A stretch of 64,000 nucleotides of DNA from assembly GCF_018977255.1 (NCBI RefSeq), contig NW_024704742.1, positions 77,564,001 to 77,628,000 on the forward strand. The letters are read 5' to 3'. The notes beneath the pieces are model-generated. The model saw only the letters and a list, made by a program, of their open reading frames with translations. It was not told where the DNA came from and ran no database searches. The DNA is from Callorhinchus milii (Eukaryota). Below, one piece after another: positions 1 to 14,227 of this stretch (position 1 is the stretch's first letter; every line of letters begins with the position of its first letter). The translations under genes and the position numbers were made by a program.

Positions 1-1067
1 TTAACCCCTCATGGCTCACACTGGCTTGCTGTAGGGCAAAATGAATGTTCAGTGATACGCTTGCCTACATCTGAATTCTTACTGTGTTCCAAGGCACCTG
101 GGCAAAATAGTGGAGAGATGACATTTTTGAACTTTTTGTCTATCTCCCCTCCTCTCTCATAAATGTTGGGTTGAGACATGTAAAACTTTCCACTGTGTTC
201 TCACACTACTTTCTAGCTGTTGCCTGCTGGACGCTGTTACACTGTTACACTGTGCCAACCACCTCATTAACATCCAACATGCATATTAATTGGGAACAAG
301 GGTGTGATTGAATGAAGTTGCTATGAGTCTCTTTTGAAATCAAATTGGAAACGGGGGAAAAAAAAATTACCAACTTTCCAAAATCTCACCTTTCCGGTTC
401 CAGAACCCCTAGCAATCTTCTCCAGGATCTCTTTGGTTCTTCAATTCAGTGTTGAAATCAAATCTATCCCTTACTTAAAGTTGTCAGTTGTTTGCAGGCC
501 AAGAAAACGGGCAGGCAGCCTGCCAAAAGGGCTTTGATAATGGCATTTGGTCACCAGCACTAAGAGATTCATGGTAGTGGCTGCAACAACATAGCCATTG
601 AAACAGCATCTCCCCCTGTGTGACTAATATGAATAACTGGGGCACTGCTGTCCGCAATTGGCTGCCGTGTTTCGCCCATAAATATACAGTCAATTCACTT
701 TACTGAATATTCTGTGAAGCGCTTTGAGGCGTCTAGAAGACATGAAAAGAGCTATATCAAATGCAAGGATTATTATTATTATATAACAGTAGAATCAAGA
801 ATGCCTTGGGTTAGGGTTGAAGACTTGAAGACTGTCAATGTCATTCTGTTTGGACGGTAGTTCACCAGAAGGCTAGTGGTTAGCACAGCATGCACACTAG
901 GACTGCTGAGTTTGTTACCTCTAATAGTAGAGCAGTCTGATTTGCGGTTGTCCTCAATGGGATTTCTTAATAAGGAAAGCTGAGTCACACAAGTGAGCAC
1001 TTCTTCTGGATGTATAGTCATGCCAACCCTAGGAAACTCTGGTCCCATGCAACCTATTTCTAGAGAT

Positions 1068-1403
1068 TATGCTGACATTCCAATCCAGTGCTGGGTGGGG
1101 TGGTGGTGGGGAGGGGGTGCTGCATCGTTGGATGCGACATTAAACCGAGGACCCAGTTGCCTGTTCAGATGGATGTTAAAGATCCCATGGCACTGTTCGA
1201 AAAGAGAATGGAGTGTCTTCCAGTGCCTTGGTCAACAATCACCCAAATAAAATTGGTCATTCATTCCACGGCTATCTGTGCGGCATTGTTATGTGCAAAT
1301 TGGCACCTACATTTGCACTCAACACACAATTGCCTTTGAGACGTCTTGATGCCATAGAAAAGTGCTATATAAAATGCAAGGTTTATTATTCTTATTATTA
1401 TTA
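1068..1403 (+). mobile_element. Old Deu-domain SINE (SacSINE1-like)
   Basis: GCTGACATTCC...TTAAACCGAGG...GATGTTAAAGATCCCATGGCACT. Related diverged copies at ~4008-4380, 6400-6670, 11010-11365, 15370-15760, 16405-16735 and 23942-24135 (+), and 40300-40585 and 44090-44360 (-). Confidence 0.75.
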
Positions 1404-4400
1404 CTAAATTGGCAACCTCGTCAGGAAAGGGAAAAAGTTTCATAGGTGCAGTCAGATCTTGTGACTGAGGCACATTGTCAGGGATGAAATAAATCTACCT
1501 ATTCCACAGACCTGCATTATGCTGACACTGGCAGTAAATGAAAAGTGTTACATTGTTCTGCACTAACATTTCTCAGCTTCGTGAGCAGAGAATTCTCCAA
1601 AAAAGGTTCTAAAATAAGTAGTTAAGAAAAGCTAGAAAATAACTAGCAAAATCATTGCATTTGATATAACGCCTTATGATGTCAGTGAAATGACTTAAAG
1701 TATTTCACAGAATTTTACTGTGAAGTGTAGTGACTGTGTGCTATGTAGATGAACACGGTAGCAATTTTGCACCTCAGACAATGCAGTGCCTCTTTATCAG
1801 GAAGGGGATTATCTTCCTGGGGTAGCGGTTGGGGAGGGTGGGGTTGGGGTGGGGGGGATTCTTCTTGAGGCTGAGCTGGCTTTGCAATGGAATTTCAGAT
1901 TCTAGTTGACCCTTTGTGGTGGTCAAGGTAGACTATGTCTTGAGCCAGGCAGGTCCACTATACTCCAAGGCACTGCTGATGACTCACCAGCCATCCCTAA
2001 TGGACAGGGTGGTCCTAGCCGACCTAGTAGTGGAAGCTTGCCAGACAGTGCTCACAATAGCAAGTTAATCATTTTAGCTGGTTGAACCCCAGCTGTATCC
2101 CAAAGCATACTCTGGGAGTCCACAAACCTTGGTTCAAGCCAACCTGCACCTCATGCTCTCCAGAATTCGGTAAGCAGAGTGATTCCTTCCAGAGAAAGAG
2201 TGCACATTCTGTTCCACATACAAGGTCATTTCCATGTGTATGTGGCATACATTTGTGGAACTCTCAGTCTGGTGTGGGTACAGTTAAGCAAGGTGATGGT
2301 TTTTCACGTGTGTCAATCACCCAGTTGACCAAGCAAAAAGTGTCAGGGGAGGGATGAGGTAAATGGCAATTTTAGTGAGCTCCCAAGATTGACAATGCTG
2401 TCAGGGTTAGGCAGAAAGTGAATAAAGGTCTTTATTGCAGTGAGGTAGAGAGGTAGAGAATCAGACCACTCTGATTAGATTGAGTCAGAATGGCATTTCT
2501 GCAGGTCAGTGTCACAGACTTTTAATTTCTTAATCTTAGATTAAGAAAAAAAATATTCTCTAACATTCTCCTTATTAGAAAGATACAAAGGTATTCAAAC
2601 AGCTTTAGTTGAAAACATTCACTAACACTTAACTGCAGGATTGTTTATCCTGTGCAAATTATTACATAAGCTCGACGGGAGGTTGTGATTCTTAAGCACA
2701 GGGTGTTAATAGCAGAATATCTCTTGATCTAATTTCCGGCCCAGGCTGTGAACAAAAATGCTCATTGGTAGCCAGAGCGTCAGCTTCTGACAGGCCCTCA
2801 GCTTGCCACCCGTGAGGTGAACTGCACAACACCCTTAGATCGTCCAATTTGAGGGAGATTTTAAAAAGAAAAGCTTTTTCTTTTAAAACCTTGCCTGACA
2901 GGAAAATATTTTGCAGCGAAGGCACTACAGAGGACTTGTGACAGCATGTTATTTAACTGTTAGTACAATACACGGTATCAAATTACGCATTGTATAATAC
3001 ACTTTAACATTGTCTCAGTCAGTCTCAGTCAAGAATTGATCAACCGAGCCTTTTTGTTTTTGGTAGAGCCAGAATAGTCCCACACTGTTTATTCAAAGCA
3101 GCATTTTTTCTGCAATTAGAGTCACCACATTATTTCACCGCTCTTACACAACCCAATATCAGTCCACACATGTGGCATAAAATATGCATACACCAAGCAA
3201 GGCATACCATATGTCTTTCACACGCTCCTCAGAACAGCATTTGTTTGCTCTGTTGCCAGATCACGTAGCACTGTGCAAAGCTTCTCATTTAAATTTCCCA
3301 AGTGTGGCTCAGCCAGTCTGTTCTGTGCCTTTACATCTGGTGTTAATACTAAAGCTGTGTGGAGTCTTTAGCTGGCTAGATGGTTTTGTCAAAAATAAGA
3401 GAAAAAAACACACCACAGATGTCTGAAGCAAATGTGTAGAATAGACTCTTGTGACCCTTTTCTGACCACAAATCGTTTCGGAATTTTGCAAACTCAACGT
3501 TTTCGAAGAGCAGCAGAAAACAGTAGCGTGCAAATGGCTGAAGCTATCACGTTGCCCAGATGGAACACGCCTGAGATAGTCAACAAACGGCAGGCCGGGC
3601 ACTTTAAATCAAACAGACAGTGAGGGGATCCCGGCACGGCAATTGGTAGTTGTCACTCCTGTTAGCCAGAAGTTTCCGAGTTAATTTATTTATTTTTGTC
3701 AGACTTTTCCAATACAGGAGATTAATGCTGAAGTTCCGTTTCCACAGGAGTGTTTGGGATTCACTAAGCGGTGCACAGCTTGCTGTGTTCAAACACAAGA
3801 GTGCTCTGGCCTCCTGAATTTTGTTGGCCAGGCAGTTTCCTGCTGAAAGCTTGTCTTTGTGCTGGAAAACATGTGGAATTGCACAACCACTAGTGCTGAC
3901 AATGCCTTCAGTCACCAGCTCCAGTTGACAGCTGCAGTTCAGGTACTACATGTGGCACTGCATCAACCTGGAAAGTTGTTTGTATGTCCCACTGGCTCTG
4001 TTCGTACCACTCTTGCCTCTGAGTCAGAAGGTAGTGGAATTAAGCCACATTGGGACTTTGAACTCCTGTAGTCCAGGCTGACATTCCAGTGCAGTGTTGG
4101 AGGTGGCGTCTTTCTGATGAGACATTGAACCACTGTGCCGTTTGCCAGATCAGGTGGGTGTTAAAGACCACTTGACACTATTGAAAAAGAGAAGAGAGCT
4201 CTTCCCATTGTCCTGGTAAACAATCTCCAGATAAAATTGGTCATTCACTTCATGACTATTTGTGGGACATTGCTCTCTGCAAATTTGATTGTTCCATTCA
4301 CCTACAATACACATCGTCACTAAACATTGTAGTATATTCTCTGAAGTGCTTTGATGTGTCTGCAAAAGACACTATATCACTACATTCAGCATTGGCAATG

Positions 4401-5464
4401 CCAACACCCATAAAGATTGGTAGCTTTCCCTCATTCCCTTAGCAAGTAAGGAGTATTTGAAGTACTAAATATAAGAGGAAACTTTGCCATCCAAACAACT
4501 TGTATTTATATGGTGCCCTTCACGCGGAGCAGGGTCTCGGAGCGCTTAAACCACATTGGAGTCTTCATAGTCTAACTCTTATTTATAGTTCTCTGACTGG
4601 AGTATAAACACCTCAAGGGCTGCTTTCCTGATTATAAAACCATGAACTTGGAAACAAAAAGTTCCTGACTGATTTTTAAGGTATTAAGTTATTCTTTTTG
4701 CTTTCTAATTTTGGCTCTGCAGAAATTCCCCCAAATCATAAACTGTACGTCCTCCCTATGAGAACTATAACTTGCTGCTACAAGTTAGATTCTGACAGAT
4801 CCTACACTTGCACCGAGTCAAGTGAGTACCTTCACCACCTCGGGTTACCTATTCTTTCGTTTTTTAAAAAAAAAATATTCCTCACAGGAAAATACTGTTC
4901 AGTGAAGACACCGCAAGAGAACTTGTATTAGCATGTCAGTTAACCGCTTTTACAAAGCCCGATACAGTATCACATTACATGTTGTGCAACTCACTTTTAA
5001 GATCGTCTCACAGTCGAGAAACGATTGACAGGGGACTTTTGCTTCTAGCGAGACAATGTAAACATCCTAGAGATTAGGCCCTGGCTCTTTAGTTAAACTC
5101 CGGACATCCCTCTCTCATTGTACAAAAATGCCCAGCCTCTTCTTAATGTTACTACAGTAAGGTTAGGCAGTCATTATGTGAGAGAGCTATGGAGATATTA
5201 CATCCAAACACTCCACAGCACAATGCGTTAGTGACTCAGCATGTTACACAACTCACTTCCCGTGTTGATTTTACTTGATGACCTTGCTCCCAATTGGCAC
5301 AAACAACAATTTACATTTATGTAGGACCTTTCATATCAGGAGGAAGTCTCAAAGCGCTTCACACAGCCGACCGGGAGCTAGAGTTGAGAGGTGTAGGGGA
5401 AAGCTGGTGTGGGAGAAGGAAGGTGACTGATAAGCACAGTCAAAAAGATACAGATGAGAGCTAA

Positions 5465-6170
5465 CTTTCTCCATTTGAATGTTGACCACGACCAAGGCCC
5501 TTCTGCTTGGCTTCTGTCAGCGCTTTCTCACCTCAGCCATTGACAGCATCATGATACATGGATATATAGTTTCATCCATCTTGTTAGACCCTCAATTGTC
5601 ATTTAAACCCCACATCTGCACCTTACCTTGTTCAGCTTTCCCTCACCTCTACAATATTGTCCACCTCCACCACTACCTCTCCCCTCGGGCTTCTGATCCT
5701 TATTCATGCTTTTATCAAGCTGGCTTGACCACACTAACTCCCTGCTTGTCGGACATCCCAACTCTTCTCTCCACAAACTGCAGATTACTCAGAACTCTGC
5801 AGCTTGTGTCCTCTCCCGTACCAAGCTCCATGAACCAATTACACCATCACTCACCCAGCTTTGCTGCACCCCAGAGGATTGAGTTCAAGATCCTCATCCT
5901 CACTTTAAAAGCCCTCTATGGTCTTGCTCCTCCCTACCTCTGTGATCTACTAAAACATTTCCAACCTATCCACTCCCTCTGCTTGGCAGGCACTGGCCTG
6001 CTCCATGTCCCCTGCCCTGCCCACTCCACCATCAGTGGTCCGGTCTTCACCCTTTCTGCTCCCACCCTCTTGAACCCCATCCTGGAGTCCCTTTGCCTCA
6101 CCCCTTCGCTTGCCTTTTTCAAAGTCAGTCTCAAAACCTTCCTCTTTAACTGCGCTTTCAGTCATCAGAG
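5465..6170 (+). mobile_element. L2 LINE 3' fragment (diverged)
   Basis: PQRIEFKILILTLKALYGLAPPYLCDLL; similar to other L2 copies in the window. Confidence 0.9.
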
Positions 6171-7624
6171 ATAGGATGGACAAAGATGTAGAGATTTCAA
6201 AGGATCTTGAATTTAATCCACTATGGGATGGGGAGCAGTGGAGCAGAGCGAGAGTGGGAATGATGGATTGTGGAGCCTGGTACAGGAGAGGAAAGGGCTG
6301 AAGATTTCTGAATGGTCTACAGCTTGTAGAGAGGAACTGGGAAGTCCAGTGAGCAGGGCATTGGAATAATCAAGGCTACATTTGAGCCTTGCATTGTTGA
6401 AGATGGTGTCCTTCGAATGTGATGTTAATCCAAGTTCCTGTCTGCCTTTTTAAGTGAGTGTTAAAGATCTAATGGCACTATTCGAAAAGAGAAGAGAGCT
6501 TTTCCTGGTATCTTGGCCAATAAATCCTCCCAATAAAATTAGTCATTCATTTCATGGCTGTGAACAATTTGGCTGCCACATTTGTCTACAAATACACAGT
6601 AATTCCACTTCACAATAAATCCTGTGAAGTGCTTCTTGACCTGAAAGATGCTGAATCAAATGTTATTGTTGTTTAGGGGTGGAGGTAGGCAAAGTTGTGG
6701 AGGTAAGGGAAAGCTGAGACAGCGAGAGCCAAAATGAGAGTCTCAACCCACAGTTCCACAGCACAAACCACAAAATCTCATGTAAAACCAACAACAAAAC
6801 TGAGGATTCATTCCAAGAATTAAAAGCAAGTCAAAGCAACACATGGGATATTTCCTTTCACACAAATGACATCCAGGATGGCGTTCCCACATGGCAAGAT
6901 AAATGTTTCTGGTTACTAGAAGTCGTTCCCAGTTGAATTCCTATAGTAATGATGCATATGCAAAAATAAATAAAAATAATTTGGTCACTTAATCCATGAC
7001 TGTTTGTAGGACACTGCTGTGCGCAATTGGCTGGCGCATTTTGCCTACAAAAATATACAGTCAATTCACTTTGCATTGTATTCTGTGAAGCATTTTAGAA
7101 CATCTAGAAGACTGATAAGTCGCTGCCTCAAATGCAAGAATTATTTTATTAAAAGTGCTAGTGTAATGACATTAAAACAGAATAGGCACTAACACTTGCA
7201 AAAAAAATTTCCATTGATTACGTATCAATAATTATTGACTATAAAGTTGACTGCAAATCACCTTCAATCATAGATTTGGACAGTTTATCATGTTTAAGGT
7301 TTAAATGATATCTCTTCTTTGTTGCAAAATGAAATAACAAAGATGTGTGACTGCCTCATTCAGTTACTAAACCTCTCGCTTTTGAATCAGAAGATCGTTG
7401 GTTCGAGTTCTACATTGTCGATTGTAATTCATATCCTCTATGAGAATAATAATAATAATCCCTGCCTTATTATGTCTTTGAGAGTAAGAAAACTTGCCTA
7501 AGGTTTTGCCCTGCCCAGAATTGAACCCAAGTCTTCTCATTTATGAGGCAGGTGCTCTAATCAATTTGCTACAGAGCTCCACAGATATGTGAAGATAAGC
7601 CCTGCAATCTATCTGAGACAGACA

Positions 7625-7975
7625 ACAACAACTTGCATTTATGTTGCACTCCTCATGCAGGCTAACATCCCAGAGTGTTTGACAGTGGCGGAGCAAAATA
7701 CCAAGCTGCGAGGAGGAGGGAGACGACAGCGGCACGATGTGAGAGAAAGGACTTCAGGCGCAATCTGAAGATGGGTAAGGAGAGGGTAAGGCAGAGGAAT
7801 AGAGGAAGAGTGTTCCAGAGTTTCGGGGAGTAGTGGCTGAAAGCACAGCTACTGATGGTGGAATGGAGGGCACAAGGGACAAGCAGGAGGCCTGAGTCAG
7901 TCGAACAGAGGCAGTGGTTAGTGGGTTGGGGAGCAAGCAGGTCGGAGAGGTAGAGAGGTGAAGGGGATATGGAGT
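7625..7975 (-). mobile_element. L2 LINE 3' fragment (second subfamily)
   Basis: PLYLSDLLAP...AFSHYSPKLWNTLP; similar to 45031-45410. Confidence 0.85.
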
Positions 7976-10758
7976 TTAGTGTGGATGAGTATGCAGGCGG
8001 GAGAATTTTGGATTTACCAGATTTTGTGGATAATGAAGCTGGGGAGACCAATTGCACTAAAGCAATGATAGGAATTGGGCAAACTCTAAACAATGCAAAT
8101 CACTTGACTTACACAAGTGAGTTGCTAACATTAAGAAGTGCTTGTGCTGTGCTCATTAAAACAATAGTTGGGATGTCCTCCCAACATGAAAGGCGCTATA
8201 CAAATGTAATTTTGTTGTTGTTGTGGGTGGTGGTCCTCGCTGGACAAGCAGCAGGAAGTTTACTAGACATTCTTCTCAATCCTATGCAGTTTTAATTGGT
8301 TAGATTCCAGCAGTACCCAAATATACACTCTGAGGTCCACAAGCTGGGGGTTGTCAATCCGTGCTTAGTACTTTACAGAATTAGGTAAGCAGGTTGTGTC
8401 CCTCCAGGATTGAATCTTGATTTAGAAGCTGGACTTGTGTGTGTATTCCATTCCACACACAGATACATTTCCAAGTGAAGGTGGCATACATATGTGGAAC
8501 TCTTGGTTTGATTTGGATACTCTTAAGCATATCAATGGGTTTCCGCATGTGACACCCAGCTCCCTGCAGAAGATGGACTTTACACCCAGAGGTGCCCTCT
8601 TGTACTCGAGGCACCATTTGCATTTGATATTGGGTGTCTGGCCTTGGATAGGGTGTATGGTGATGGAACCTGTGACAGTAGCATGCTGTGTCCAATGATA
8701 TTTTGTCTATAATCGCTCAGCCCTCTGATAAAGGAAAGCTCATGCACATGGCTTTCTTCCTCCTATTACAAATCCTATAGTGGGATGTAGTTTGCGGTAT
8801 TTCTTAATGGGATTCCTTAATAAGAAATCTGAGTAACACAAGTAGGGACGCTTTCTGATAAATGGAGGAAATTTTAGTGCCTTGGGACTTCTTCCCGATG
8901 TGAAAAGCTCTATATAAATGCAATTTGTTGTCGTCGTTGAATATTTTGCCAGAACAGTGGAATTCTGCTCTCGTCCCTCTTCTTCTGGTTGAGTTTCTGT
9001 AGCATCATGGGAACTGTAATGTTATTTATAATTGAGTAATCCTACTATGGAATATCAACAATTCTCAATTCCATATATTCCCTGACAGGTTTTGAACAAA
9101 ACAGCTTATATTGCAAATCTGTAAAGAGCCTTTTCAGAGTATTCCTTTGTAAAACAAGAAGCCCCTCAAAGGTAATGAGAAAATAGTGCTGCTTTCATGC
9201 TGCAAATCAAGTTTGGTGCTCAAAGAGTTAACCAGGTATCTGTTACACGCTAAGTAACCACAAGCTGGAATTTACCATAATTATCACACCTTAATCACTT
9301 AAAGCAAAGGAAAATCAGAACCCTATGGCAACAACATCCCTCCTCACAGGCTTGAGGCTGCAATTGAATTCCCAGGTGATGATTGTGAAACTACTGTAAC
9401 CCACCCCTTCAATTAGACTTTTGGGGTAACAGATTAGCAGCAGGTGGTATGAGTAATAAAACGCTCATTAGAATACCTTCTGGTAACTTCTCATAAAAGA
9501 AGTCACCAGATGGAGAGAAACCTCCACATGCCGGCTCACCTCAAATTAGAGTTTCACCTAACACATGGGCTATAGCGTATCTGTTCAAAATAATGAGCCT
9601 GAAATGTCCGAAAGAGGATATATTGCTCGCTCAGTAATCCATTGTAATGCCATATGCTAACGGGGTTGGCTATGGTCAAGCCATCATGGCAGGTACTGAG
9701 GGGGAAATGTAAATACACCACACTGATAAGATCCATCTCATTTACACTCTGGGTTCTGAATGCTTCAGCAGATTACATTTTCTTCTTTGCTTCCTTGTGT
9801 TATCGGACAGAGAAGACAGTCTTCAATTAACTGTTCCACTGCCAGCAACTCTAATTTCTTGTGTGAGTAGGAAGGATTCCTGTGGCACAAGGAGCTTTAA
9901 CATTCTTCATCAGTGAATATTTCATTGGGTGCTTTTTGAATCTATTTAAATCAGACTTTTGCAGTATTCCTCAACACATTTTGTTTAAGGACATTTAAGG
10001 AACAGGATTAAAATGTGCTTTAACCTCACCCAGGCCTCTACGTAATGGCAACACACGGAAGGACTGAGCACTGATATCTTGAATTCCGAATTCAATAGTG
10101 TAATTTCAAGCCCGGAAAATATCAAAGTGTGAGTGTAGAGCTTAAATCCACAACTTTCTGAGTCTGAATTGGGAGTTCTACCAACTGGGCCAAACTGGTA
10201 CTTCACTATCAACAGTATTAAAGTTTGCTCTGCCATACTTTTAGAGCTGCTTCTAAATTGATACTCAAGTCCAGTATTGAGAGGACATTGCTTTTTGATT
10301 GAGATCTTAAGCAAAGGTCTGTTCAAGTGAATATTAAAGGTGCTGGGGCACTATTTTGGAAGAAAGCAGGACTTTTTTCTGGCATTGCAGTCAATTTTCC
10401 TTCCCCATCCAAATTCACTGAAAAACAGATTAATTTGCTGTTACCTCATTGCTGTTTGTGAGCTATTGCTGACAAAGGCTAGCTGCCATATTTAGCAAAC
10501 ATATGTAACTCGTGTGTGATGTGCTTTGAAATATTTTGAAGTGATATATCAAATGCATTATTGTAAAAACAAGTCTGAGAAAACTGAAGCCATTAATGTT
10601 TTTGTTACAATTTGATAATTTAGATGTTAATCAATTATTATAGAGTTTATTTTTTTATTTATTTTTTATATTTAGTGTGTTCAGTTATTTTTCTAACGTT
10701 CTCCCCACTGCAATATGCTTTTTTGCTCATGGTCTGGCCTCCTCTGAGGTGCATTTCG

Positions 10759-10862
10759 GAGTCCTGTAGCTCAGTGGTTAGAGCACTGTGAAGCGCTTCG
10801 GGACGTCCTCCCGATGTGAAAAGCGCTATATCAAATGCAAGGATTATTATTATTATTATTAT
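10759..10862 (+). mobile_element. Internally deleted mini-SINE (head joined to tail)
   Basis: GAGTCCTGTAGCTCAGTGGTTAGAGCAC is joined directly to TGTGAAGCGCTTCGGGACG...(TTA)n. Confidence 0.85.
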
Positions 10863-12039
10863 TTCCATTGGCAAAGGTCCCATTGGCCATTGTTCATGAG
10901 TAAACCCTGGCAGTGAGTATTAATAGGCTGCAGTTCTGGAAACTGCAGAGCTTGTCACAGCTGAGCCTGACCTCTCCCCACCCGACTGTCACACATGACT
11001 TGAACTCACATAGTCTAAGATGACACTCCAATGCACTGCTGGGGTTGTGTTGCACTGTTGGAGGTGCTGTCCTTCAAATGAGATGTTAAACCGAGGTCCC
11101 ATCTGCGTGTTTAGGTGGACATTAAAGATCCCATGGCACTATTCTAAAAGAGAGTTTCTCCCAGTGTCCTGGCCAAAAAATCTCCCAGAGAAAGTTGGTC
11201 ACTCGTTTAATGGCTGTGTATGGGACATTGCAGTATGCAATTGGCTGCAGCGTTTGCCTACAAATACATAGTCAATGCACTTTACAGTATTATCCAGTGA
11301 AGTGTTTTGTGATGTCATTCTGATGTGATAAGATGCTATACCAAGTACAAGGATTATTAGTATTATAATTTTTCCGCCCCAAACCCTGGGATGTTCAGGG
11401 CCAACTCTCTTCCATGCAACCCCATGAAATAAAGAAACTCAGCAACGATAGGGATTTGAACCCAGAGGCTTCCTGGGCTGCAAGCTGCAGCTCTATCAAC
11501 TGCACCATCGGAACTGCTTCTGAGTTCATTTCTTGCCTATTTTCCATCTTTTGGTTTCTATCATCTGTTCATTATGGCCACTTAATAACATTACATAATG
11601 TCCATCACACATGAGCAATTTGCTGGTACTTTCTTTTATGCAGCTTCATGCATGTCTGAATTAACTCGTGCATTTCATACCACCTTATCCCCAATGAGTG
11701 TCAGCGACACAGCAGAAAAGAAAGCAGCACATAATTTAATGAATGTTAGTCTGCTGGTGTGCGGGTACTGGACTTTATTCAGCAGTGCTGCACCGTGTCA
11801 TTTACAAAGCATCCAGGGTCAAGCCCATATACAGGTGTTCTTACTGAATGACCAAAAAAGACAGATCAGCCATTCTGACGCTGACAGAACTCACTTCTTA
11901 TCTGGCATTCGCTTCAAACACATTGCTTTCAAACCAAGGCTGTGGTATTTCTCAGAACAGTAACAGTAGCAACAACAACTTGCACTCATACAATATAATT
12001 TAAATTCATATAGCACCTGTTACGTCAGGTTGACATCTC

Positions 12040-13968
12040 AAAGCGCTTTTTGAGGTTAATCCTGGAGGCGAAGGGCAACCCCAGGCTCCTGTTCTCCACC
12101 ACCAACCAGCTCCTCCGCCCTCCCCGCCCTGCCTCGCAAATTCTTTTCTCTGACTCCCACTGCGAGAAAATGCTAGACTTCCTCGAGTTCAAAATTGAGG
12201 GAATCCACTCAGCTGCCACTGCTCTCCCAACTTCCACCCCCTCCCTAAACCCCCCACACTCGGGACCACTACCCATCCCTCCTTCCACATCTTTGAACCT
12301 GTCACCCCCTCCTCTGTCATCACCACCATATCCTCCATGAAGCTCACCTCCTACTCTCTGGACCCCATCCCCACCCCTCTCCTTAAATCCCAGCTCCACC
12401 TCCTTGCCCCACCTCGCCGACATCATCAACCTCTCCCTGTCATCTGGCACTGTTCCTACCCCCCTCAAAGCAGCTATTATCACCCCCACCTTGAAGAAAC
12501 CTTTCCTTGACCCATCACAGCTATCCAGCTACCAGCCCATCTCCCACCTCCCTTTTCTGTCTAAGGTCCTTGAGAGAGCCGTCGCCTCCCAGGTTCATTC
12601 TTTTCTCTCCCACTTCCTCCTTGAGCCCCTCCAATCGGGTTTTCGTGCTACCCACAGCACAGAAACTGATCTGGTCAAGGTCACAAATGGCATCCTGACC
12701 ATGTGTGACCAGGGCTCCCTCTGCCTCCTCGTCCTCCTCAACCTCCACCGCTTTTGATACTGTGGACCACTCAATCCTCCTCCACCGCCTCTCCTCCCAC
12801 CTCAACCTTCAAGGTTCTGTCCTTAACTGGTTCAGGTCAACAACAACAACAACAACAAGATTCCATTTATAGGTCCTACCTTTCACACCGTCTCCACTTC
12901 ATCTCTGCAAACGGCTTCTCCTCACCATCTTGTGCTGTGTTCCGCAGGGCTCTGTCCTCAGTCCCCTCCTCTTCACCCTCTAAATGCTCCCCTTTGGTGA
13001 CAGCATCCGCAGACATGGGGTGAATTTTCACATGTATGCGGATGACACCCAACTCTATCTTCCTGCCTCCACCCTCAACTCCAGGACTACTGGCGGCCTG
13101 ACCGACTGCCTGTCCGACATCAAGTCCTGGATGAGGGACAACTTTCGCCAACTGAACGTCAGCAAGACCGAGGCCCTCCTGATTGGCTCGCGCCAGCTCC
13201 TTTGCACCTCGGGCGCTGGCACATCAGCCTCCACAGCTGCACACTGAACCTCACTAAGCCAGTCAGGAACCTGGGTGTCTTGTTTGTCCCTGAAGTGTCC
13301 TTTCTCCTCCACATCCGCGCCATGACCGGCACTGCCTACCATCACCTCCGCAACTTTGCCAGACTCCGCCACTGCCTCACCCCTCAGGCCACCGAAACCC
13401 TCACTCACGCATTCGTCACATTAAGGCTCGATTATGAAAACTCCCTCTTCATCGGCCTTCCCAACTCTCCCCTTCACAAGCTGCAGATCATCCAAGATTC
13501 TGCAGCTTGTGTGCTCTCCTGCACCAGGCTCCGTGATCCCATCACTCCCACCCTTGCCCGACTCCATTGGCTCCCCATTCCCTCAGAGGATCAAATTCAA
13601 GATCCTCGTCCTCATTTACAAGCCATCCATGGCCTTGCCCCTTCCTACCTCTCTGACCTGCTGCTCCCTACCAACCTGACCGCTCCCTCCATTCAGCGAG
13701 CTCCGGCCTTTCAGCCTCTCTGCCCCCACACTCTGGAACTCCATCCCACAGTCCCTTCGCCTCACTTCCCCCCTTGCCTCCTTCAAGGCTGGTCTCAAGA
13801 CCCTTCTCTTTGATCATGCCTTCAGTCGCTCTCCCATCTCTCTGCCTTCCCTCACCCCTACCCCACCCCTCCCCCATGCTCGGGTCCTGACCCCTGACTG
13901 TCCTGCACTTTGGGACGTCCTCCCGACGTGAAAGGCGCTCTATAAATGTAATTTTGTTGTTGTTGTTG
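12040..13968 (+). mobile_element. L2-clade LINE, 5'-truncated ORF2/RT to 3' end
   Basis: ORFs with [38 protein letters not shown] and LHWLP; 3' tail GGGACGTCCTCCCGACGTGAAAGGCGCT...(TTG)n. Confidence 0.95.
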
Positions 13969-14227
13969 AGACGTAGCATATATATTTTTATAGCACTTTT
14001 ATAAATGATATGTAACCAACTTGGACTTACAGTGAACTCCTGATGATAAGACCGGCTGAGTGTTCCCAGCGATCTCTGCTTTTGTCCCTGATAATAAGAC
14101 CCTGACTTATATCATTACATGGCTTATATCATCATGTTGTCAATGTCCCGGCTGTTTCCTATGCAAAATGGGTATAAGGGGCCCTCCTTTATTTCATCAC
14201 TTGCTTATAACATATAAAGTCACATTA

